Positions 54,950 to 64,000 of a stretch of 64,000 bases of DNA are shown here, piece after piece. Both the position numbers and the translations under genes were made by a program. Below the pieces are notes generated by a model. It was given only the letters and a program-made list of their open reading frames with translations, did no database searches and was not told the DNA's origin. Numbering within the stretch: the first letter of the stretch is position 1; each line of letters begins with the position of its first letter. Source of the stretch: Bugula neritina (lineage: Eukaryota; Animalia; Bryozoa); the NCBI GenBank assembly GCA_964035545.1, contig OZ037765.1, positions 29,139,504-29,203,503 on the forward strand, written 5' to 3'.

Positions 54950-56007
54950 ATGTCTTACTATTCTGGATCGAAGGGTGAGTTAATTATGTTTTTGGTACGA
55001 TAACTAGACTGCATCAGTCAGCTTTAGCTACACTAGCTAGCGAGCTGGAGATTCGATAATGATAAACAGTGGTGGGAATACACGTCGACTTTGATTTTAA
55101 ATAATCTGCCATAGCGAGTGTGTTCTCCATCAACTATTCATTAGCCTGAATCTCACGAGTGTAACTGAACAGAGTACCTGTCAGGCTGTACACGCCGGCG
55201 GTACCTCAGTGTATAATCTTTAACACTGCTACTCTTTCAGATCACACTCGAGTGACCACCTCCCGGTCACGGGACCAGCCAACCCCTCTACCTATGGAAG
55301 AAGAACCTGTGATGGAGAATGGCTTACCCGTGGTGCTTCGTCGACGACACCGCTGGGTGTCACCCACGACGGAAAGGAGAATTGAGGAAGCCTGGGGACC
55401 TAGCGGACCCCACCGGACCTGCCAGGTCTGCTTCGAGGAGTGCCCGTCACACCGCTCCCTGCGTCTGCATGTAGACGCCCATTTTCTACTCCATTTCTGC
55501 CCATGCGGGTTCCACGATGTATACCCGTATCCTGTGATAGTCCACAAGTTGAGCTGCTTCGCCGGAGAGGGCCATATTGTTGATGAGGACAGTTTCCCCC
55601 AGTACCTAGACACCATCAAGCCAGTCATCAAGAAGGCTATCACCCTGGCCGCACTAGCGTCAGGGTTCCAAGTACTGCTGTTATCCGCCCGCCATAAGTC
55701 CCCTATGGTTCAGGGCCCGTCTCCTACCCCCGTCAACTCTAGCAACACCCCCGAATTAGAAGGAACAACAATACCCCCAATAACAGAGACTACTACAACC
55801 CCACCAAGGCCTAGCCGGCTGGCTAATGTAGAAGAGCGGCTTGTAAAACTACAAGCCGAGTTTACGCAACTGGCCCCTGACCTGCTGGATACGACAACAG
55901 GTCTATACCAGCTGAAGGACTCAGTGGGGCGACTGAAGAGGCGGCTACGTGCCCGACAGGCTCGACACAGAGCACGCTCGCTACAAGAGTCAGAGTCCAC
56001 CCAATGA
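54950..56007 (+). CDS. Spliced accessory gene of the LTR element (exons 54950-54974 and 55241-56007; 263 aa): C2H2 and C2HC zinc fingers, leucine heptad, Arg-rich tail
   Basis: CAAAATG start; donor G|GTGAGT at 54975; branch-like CTTTAAC at 55218-55224; acceptor CTCTTTCAG ending 55240; the phase-1 join is in frame with ORF 55252-56007. Confidence 0.75.
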
Positions 56008-56294
56008 GTATGCCTGGGGTAGGCACCTTTCGTTGAGCTGTATTTCGTCTGGAAAGTGACGAGTGCTCCGACATTGGCCCGCGTGCTGGTAAGCACCCTC
56101 TCTCTTTATAGCTGACTAGATGTGTGTGTTCGATCACCCTGTTTACTTCTGTATATAAATGTTGTCGTACTCAACTATTTCTCTTCTCCCTTTTTGTGGG
56201 TTTACTTATGTATGTTTTTCTTTTTGGATTATTGTATTGTTTTTCTTTATATGTGTTTTTTGTATTGTGTTATCAGAAAGTAGGGCTTTCTGCT

Positions 56295-56308
56295 GGGGGG
56301 GGGGGCGG
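56295..56308 (+). promoter_or_regulatory. Polypurine tract
   Basis: GGGGGGGGGGGCGG directly before the 3' LTR. Confidence 0.85.
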
Positions 56309-56661
56309 TGTAGTGAGTCATGCAAAGTACAAATACGGGAATCGCCCTCTCTCCGTTCTGGGAATACTAAGGCCCTTATGTAGCAACCAATTAGCAGCAC
56401 CGGAAGATATGCTTCCGACTCACGTGACACTTCCCGGGCTATTGACAATTGATCACGTTGTTGTAAGCGGAGGCTTGAAGTAGAAACATGTGTTAGTAGT
56501 TGACTGATGTATAGGATAATTTGATGTAATGTTTGCTTTGTGTTTTATTGTGGATAATAAATATAATTACTCGACAGCTACCCTAGTAATTGCTAGTAGA
56601 ATAGCCAACTAAGTATACGCAAGTAGATAACTCACGCACAGTAATTGCACAAATTACTACA
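56309..56661 (+). repeat. 3' LTR (353 bp)
   Basis: Direct repeat of 51297-51649. Confidence 0.97.
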
Positions 56662-58080
56662 ATATTTATACTAACTTTATTATTATTAAAATGTTAATAG
56701 TTATTATTTTTATTGTTGATTACAATATCTGTGATGATAATGGCCTCTATGACTAAAAAATATGTATGACAAATTTATTAAAAAATGAAAAGTCACAACT
56801 ATTTATTTTGATGAATATTTGAGCATAATTAAACAAGTGAATGAGTGCATGTATGGTCACTCATTTTAACTTTATGACAATAACAGTATATCCACAATAA
56901 TCATAATGACAACATTCAAACTTTGGATGCAGCTGAGGTTTGTTACTAGTAATATTAGTATTAGTACAGCAGAGCAAAATTACTGCACCTGTAGTAATTT
57001 AGTAACTAAAATACTAATTCACAATCACTATCAGTATCACTATTCACGAGTAGTATTACTATGAGTAGTGCTGATCAAGCATTGGTGATACTGATTTGTC
57101 TTACTCTTAACCCTTAGGCAACAACACTGTTACTGCAACTGACTGTTAGTGCTACACTTAGTGCCAGTGTCACACTGACAGTAACACTAACTGTGCATAT
57201 CAATTACACAGTAAATGACAACTATATTTCAACATCACAAACTCAAAAGAAAACGTGTTATACTCATACTGATTGTTTAAAGTTAAACTATAATTTAACT
57301 TAAATTTAAGAGTCAAGATGAAGAGGAAGTGAGATTTAAACTTAGTGAATCATAGAAATTGAAAAATATTTGTTGTTAGATACTTATACTTATATTGAAT
57401 TTGATATTGTATTTCAATCTGTATCTGACTGAAAAGCCAAAAGGTAAACCTAAGATGAAGATGTAGTTTGTTTCAAACCCTAGGGCCTAGGTATATCAAT
57501 GGGAATATGATTATCGCATTCATAATGATTATCAGTATCCTTATGATTGTGAATATCGATTTGAATTTGATTTATCAACCCATAATTAATATTATGATTA
57601 ACCATGTTAAACGCGAAACACTCAGTCACTCCCAACGGCAACTCGGGGTTTCCTAAACTTGTAGTTAGTAGTTACAGCAAATTTCAGACCATCATGATCA
57701 CCGATCATGATAAACGAATAACCTCATAAAGGTCACCACTCAGAGTCACTCTAAGTTCTAACTCTCAGTCTCAATCTTTGCTAAGCCAAACTGAAACTCA
57801 AAGGATAATCAATATCATAATCATAATGATAATCATAATGATAATGATAATGCCAATGGCAATGCAGAAGTTTAATAGCTTCAGTACAATAGGTTACGTG
57901 AATTTTGTACACTTAGGAGAAATAAATAATGTTATGTCTATGCAAATGAAAAAATCAGATAGCAATAGTCATACTCATTGCGATAGTACAATCCTATGGT
58001 GATGCTATCGCTTTAACTACCTCTGCAAAATTCTTGCACAACGATAGGTGTAGGAATAGTGCGCCTCTCCGAATGGTTAG

Positions 58081-58485
58081 TTCTATATGCAGTAATCTGG
58101 CTCGACATCTAGTTCGCTGGATATTGCCTGATTGGCTGCTTTGCGCACGTGCTATTGTTGATGTCTGAGATTGTCATTGCGCACTCCAACTCTAAGTACA
58201 CAATATAATATATCGCTGCATACCCCAAAAGTGGCCATCATTGCAACCATACTTAGTTCTACTTTAGATTTCAAAATTGTCTATTGCTTTAGAAGCATCA
58301 TCAATTGAGTCATAGTAAAACGCTGTAAAGGTTGTAATGACTTTATCATTTTAATTATTGAGTTGGAGAGCACTTGTACGCTATGACAGTCGAGGGCATT
58401 AAAATAATCTCGTGCGTTTTCAATTAGTAAGCCAATCAGAAAATATACAGCAACTGAATATCGCGCCAGATTACTGCATATAGAA
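58081..58485. mobile_element. MITE-like element with ~56-bp imperfect terminal inverted repeats
   Basis: 58081-58137 (TTCTATATGCAGTAATCTGGC..CTGATTGGCT) aligns with the reverse complement of 58430-58485; the outer 21 bp are identical. Confidence 0.7.
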
Positions 58486-61400
58486 ATTTCCTCCCCGGAC
58501 ACTCAAAATAAAGAAGAAAAACTTACTCGCCAAACCTAAAGCTTATAATTATATTATTATATAGTTATTCGATAGCGCATTTTTTACAGCAGGCGAAGCA
58601 AGAGTGATGTATATACCCTTTAACCTGTCGAACGAAAATATAATAAAAATATATATATATATATATTAAATCATTTATTAAAATGAATTTTCTAATTAAT
58701 AATTAATTGGTTGGAATTGATCAAAGGAGTTAATTAGTAATTTGGATATTACTTGACAATTTTGCTTTACCACAATTACTTGTATAATACCACAATTACT
58801 TGTATAATACCACATTACTAAGCATATTATATTTGCATTATTCAAAGAGCTAAAAATTATATGTTTGGTATATTAATGCATTTCTTGTTTAAACCAATTT
58901 CCATGTAGCATAATGGCGCCTAGCTCATTTAAATTTGCATATTTCAATTTCAACTGTACTCAAGTAACAAGTCTATTGCTTTCAGAATATGTATTCTATA
59001 TTCTTTCTTGGATGTTGTTATAGATACAGTGTAGTCTACATACTGTGATGGAACAAATATAATAATTTATAGTTACGCCAACCTGTCACAGCAGTCATCT
59101 CACTGAAAGTCTCAAGGGGACAGGCAAACCTCAGCACCAATGGCGCCATATTTCAGCGAGCTGGTGGAATATCTTAAATGTATAACTTGTGAAATACAGA
59201 AGTAAGAGTTAAACATAAAAAAAAGAAAACCTCATACATCTATAATTATTTACTGCCTCAAGAACAGCACAATTTCCAACAACTTTGAATTTCTGAGAAT
59301 TAAATTATAATTTACTACCCCTGTATCAGATTACATTTACTCGGTAAATTATTTACCACACATAGCCTACTCAAATTGCTAACTCTACTATAATCATTAC
59401 CAGCATATTATTTTCTGTAAATATATTACGTCATTGCACACTCAGTACAGTGTCTACTCTGCAAAAACACAAAACACCATATTTTCTCTGATCTGACAAA
59501 CCCATTGGGCGAAGCTAGCAAATGCTCATTGAAAACACATTGATAAGCACCTAATGACTAATCAGTAATTACTGATCATAATTACTGGTAATCGATATCA
59601 GCATCTTAAAATCCATAAATTTCAAGTTACCAACTAAAATTGTCCATAAAGCCAACTTAAATAATCTAAGCTTCCATAATAATTGTAATTATATAGCTAG
59701 CTTTCGGTATATTTGACTTGATCAATTTTTTGTTCAAGTTTATCTCAAGAACTGTAGTCTAAAAAGTAAAACAAAGTAGCAGCCGCTCGTTAACAATGAA
59801 GCTATTGTGCAGCTCAAAGACAAAGTGACCTTTTCAACTTTCACTTCTGACTATGATGTTACCCTCAGTAGAACTTTACATTTACTCTTAGCTACATGCC
59901 TATCGATATCTTTTATTCGCACCTCTCAGTGTAAATCTACAAGTTAAGTAAAATTCTGCTTGACACTTATAAGATTAAGAACAGTGTTTTCTATAATAAT
60001 GGTTATTTTAATGATCAGTTACACAACTTCAGCTGTCCAAAAAATGTTTTTTTCACCTTTCACAACTATATCCTGATCAGGTGGCAGGCAGCTATATGAG
60101 AAATAAACTGTTAAAAACATAATATTCTGGCAACGTTCCAAAGTGCTAAAGCTTTCTACGTGAGAAGATAACTTAACTCCCTCAAGCTAGCTTAGGGTTT
60201 GACAGTGGCCAAAGGTTTTAATTGCCCGCGGCAATATCTGAAAGACAAAAGCACAGTTAACTTAGGGGTTTGCTTTTCTATTAGCTGCACTGGCCTAATA
60301 TTGATCGCTACACAAACATTTACTACTTGGTCTTCCTCCAGCCCTCTATCTGTGTCCTGAAGCCATTTTCACATGAAGCTAGTTTCAATACACTTCTTAT
60401 AACCTGATTTGACTCCATATGACAGCTGCTGGTACACTGCAAATGCTGGTCGAATCACAAAAATTAAGATAAACAAAACAGATAGGTCTGTAGCATTTTG
60501 TAGATTTGCACCAATTCTAGCAATAAACACCGACTTTAATCTTGTAGTATTTTTCTGACCATTCAAGTCTTAAAGGATGTTCTATAGAATAATATGCCGT
60601 ATGCATATCCAGAATTTGTCGTTGCAACTTTGGCATTATAGAGTTACCCATTCATGAAACCAATTGTTGTATTTAATTACTTGAGCAGAGGTTTTGTTGC
60701 TTTTTGGTTGGGTATTTGTTGATCACCAAAAGTTAAATTATTAAAAATTTTACCATGCTGAAAGAGTTTTGTAAAAAGCAGCTACTAAAATTGGTTGTCA
60801 CAAAAGTGAAATTGTAATAATAAATACATTTAAAAGGCATTATTACCGTAAATGAAATAAAGGAATAGACGGATCTATTTCAAGCTTATAGAAATTTGTT
60901 AAAACTTTGTCTAAAAATGAGTTTGTAGACACTAAGCTGCCTATGAACCAACCAGAGTATGCTGACTTTGAAAAATTTGGCTGTTTGTCAACATGCACCT
61001 TTTACAGATCTTAATAACATATCGTTGTTATTCTAAAAATATAGGTTATGCAAAATAGCTATGTTTTTAATACATAGGTTTCAATTTAGTCATCATGGTT
61101 TAAATATTTATTTATAGCTTTTGATGTTATTTATGGGGCTTTTAGATTTTATCAGTAGCTTACATTGAGCAGCTAGGATGCGATGTACGTGCTTTGATTG
61201 ATAATAACATTTGAGCAGATGAGTAAACTAAAGCTAGTAATGCCTCAGATTTTTAATGATCCTTATACACAACCTTATTGGTTCCGATTGCAATAATTAT
61301 ATGCTTTGTATACTAGGCTGCTGTCGCTTTAATATTACAATTGCATCCCACATGCGTTGCGAACTTATCATGTTCTCTTTGTTTACAGTTGTGCATATAT

Positions 61401-62038
61401 TAATGCGCAATAAGGTCTTTTTTCATGTAAGGAAAAATAAATAAAATTACTGTTGAAAAATCCTAAATCAGTTTTTGCAATATAATATAATTCTAAAAGT
61501 TTTTGCTAGTTAACTATTGACAACTTAAGGATCAATGATAAAAATTTGAATACCGGTTATTTTCTTTGTAATAAAAATAAACAGTTTCCTTAGCTCTTTA
61601 CACAAAAACCGCTTACATGCTGTGTGCATATGCACCTTGCATATTTGTACAAGTTGAAGATTTTTGCATAATATAGTTATAAAACTTGAGAAATTTTCTT
61701 AAAACTCCAGAGTTTAGTTTTATCACATTTTAAGAACTCTCGCGAAAATATTATATATTTCATGTGTTCTATATACAGTTACAAATAGAATGCAAATCCC
61801 ATATTTTGATACACAAATTATGAACATGCAGTTATATACTGGGTGTTGTTCCATTAGTGTTATTGGCTTAAAGCTTGATCAAGTAACCACTATATGGAAC
61901 TTTCGCAGATATAAAAATTTAAATACTGGCATTTTAACTTCATACTATCAGCACGTGCTGAGGTAGATATTATACAATACTCACGGATGCTAGTAGTCTT
62001 AACAGCGGATTTAAGCGGTTTTACACTTCTTCTGTGAT

Positions 62039-63760
62039 ATGGAGCCGATATACTTTAGTTGGCCGGATTATTTGGTAGTAGCTATTGTGTTAGCACTTTC
62101 TGCAGGAATTGGGTTCTACTATGCATTTACTGGAGGAAAACAGAAAACTACTAAAGAATATCTTCTGGCAGATAGTGGAATGCACTGGTTCCCAGTGACA
62201 TGCAGCCTTATTGCCAGGTAAAGGGGTTATTAATACTTTAAATACATAATCAAAGATGCTATAGTTCAAGTAAACATTTTATTAAAGGCTTTTTGAATTG
62301 TCAGATTTTGTGTCTTTCTTTCAGTTTTGTGTCTTCTCTAACACTCCTTGGCATGCCAGGAGAAATCTACACCTTTGGAACAGTAATTATGTATAGTTTC
62401 TTGTTCAAACCTGTAGGGGTTGTTATTGGTACTACCCTTTTTCTCCCAGTTTTAGGGAAAATAGGAGGACTCAGTCTGTACAAGGTAAGATTTAGGCTAT
62501 ATACTACATGCTAGTATTTCAAACTGAATTATGAACAATCTCCTAAATAAAATGTACCTATTGGCTTTATCTATGACTAATTAGCACCATAATAAAGCTA
62601 TTTTAAAGCAAATATTACTATATAATTAATGAGCTTATCTTAAAAAGTTTGGTTCTTAAGTTTATGCGTTGTGAATATATTGCTATATAACTTATAGCAG
62701 TGTATTGTAAACTTTGATTTATAAGTGTTAGTCATTATGCAGCATTAACCTTACACTTCTGGTAATGTTAGCTGCCAGTGTTCCTTCTACACTCTTTTGT
62801 TCTGGTCAACTCCTAGCTGAAAAGAACTAGATGTAGCAGATCTCTGCTACCAGCTACTTAAAAATACTGTATATATTCAGCAAAACTGTAAACTAAGCTC
62901 CGAGTAATATATTGCTCTGATTCAAAATAATTCTATATAAACAATGTCAAATATTTTTTACCTAAAAAGTTGGCCAATACAAATAAACAGCTCTTTTAGT
63001 AGTATTAGGTCTAGTAATATTGCAGTTTTATTTATAGTATGTAAGAGAAAGATATGGAATAGTACTGCAAATGCTGATGCTAGTAACTGGCACGTTTCAA
63101 ACGGTAAGAGGGATTTGCTCTTCTATATGTATTTTTACTAGTTTCATTAGTTTACGCTAAATCATGATAGCATCATTTACAGTGCTGCAATAGCATACAT
63201 GCATTCTTTCAAAGTATAATTTAATAGAACAATGACACAAATAGGCCTAAAGCTTATATTTCACAATTGTTTAGAATTGAATGACTTGTACGTGACTTTC
63301 ATCCTGTTGTACAATGCACTGTAACATAATACAATATAACATAAAATAGCATAACGTCGTATAATATAACGCATTACAAAATATAATCACTGCTTTTATG
63401 ATGCAATTGCTAGTTTTAATAGCAAGTTGAAATTTCGTTGTTGAGTAATTCTGTCACATGAATGTTTATATTCCGTACATGCATCCAATAAGATCTTTCT
63501 AGATAATTAAAGCCAAAATATGTTTAATTATTTTAAAACATAGAATGCGATTCTGAGAAATGAGACTATTTTATAGCTTGAGGCGTTTAAAATTGTCAGA
63601 AAATACAGTTTAGTTATTAATAACAGTTTAGCTAAACATGATGAATGTGATAGGAGCTGGTAGTTGTAAGAAGTAAAAATATTCTTCTAATATAATAATT
63701 TGTTGTAGATGGTGTTTAGCTCTTTGATCATGTACGGACCTGCCCTATCTATATCTGCTG
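62039..63760 (+). CDS. SLC5 sodium/solute symporter (SMCT/SMVT/NIS-like), 5' partial; continues beyond the window
   Basis: Exons 62039-62217, 62324-62484, 63038-63103 and 63709-63760 encode DYLVVAIVLALSAGIGFYYA..KTTKEYLLA..SLIASFVSSLTLLGMPGEIYTFG..YVRERYG..MYGPALSIS. Confidence 0.88.
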
Positions 63761-64000
63761 GTGAGACAGTTTTAAGCAAATGTTTAAATTCCGTTAATTT
63801 AATTCAACTCTTTATTATATATATCTATAAAAGATGAAATAAGCATGCTTTCTTTGGCAGTATTTTATACAGCTATATATTCAGAGAATATACTGTTTAC
63901 ACAGGTTGATAGAATGGAAATAGTTGCATGCACAGTTTTATATTTAAATGCACGCTTTTAATTGGACATTTGCTAGTAAAAAAGAAAAGGGTTTACCTAA

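Larger units (their letters stand above)
51297..56661 (+). mobile_element. Non-autonomous Ty3/Gypsy-type LTR retrotransposon (5365 bp)
   Basis: Two TG..CA LTRs, PBS, PPT, gag with CCHC knuckle, protease and integrase HHCC finger; no RT/RNase H or integrase catalytic core. Confidence 0.96.

Noticed and set aside
55241-56007. ORF3 as env
   Set aside because: No signal peptide, no fusion or TM anchor; zinc fingers and a basic tail instead.
51645-56137. Many antisense and alternative-frame ORFs in the retroelement
   Set aside because: Expected in GC-rich coding DNA; no recognisable motifs.

Overview
AT-rich, intron-containing eukaryotic DNA, most likely an invertebrate animal (the phylum cannot be fixed from this window). 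I reconstructed spliced genes by eye from splice sites and protein motifs: RAP1GDS1/SmgGDS (+), an uncharacterised ~270-aa gene (+), rhophilin (-) head-to-head with an intron-rich DNA ligase IV (+), HDHD3 (-), IQCD/DRC10 (-), LHPP (-) and the 5' part of an SLC5 sodium/solute symporter (+). The 740-790 aa Cys/Val/Tyr 'ORFs' at 5.4-7.6 kb are artefacts of a 16-bp intronic minisatellite. The most interesting feature is a young, non-autonomous Ty3/Gypsy-type LTR element at 51297-56661, whose 353-bp LTRs differ at 2 positions. It keeps gag, a -1 frameshift cassette and protease, but has lost RT/RNase H and the integrase core. It carries an extra gene with its own GT-AG intron, encoding two zinc fingers, a leucine heptad and an Arg-rich tail. 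A second pattern is degenerate 6-bp-periodic tracts 5' of the coding start of each broadly expressed gene. Protein family calls rest on recalled motifs; no searches were run.
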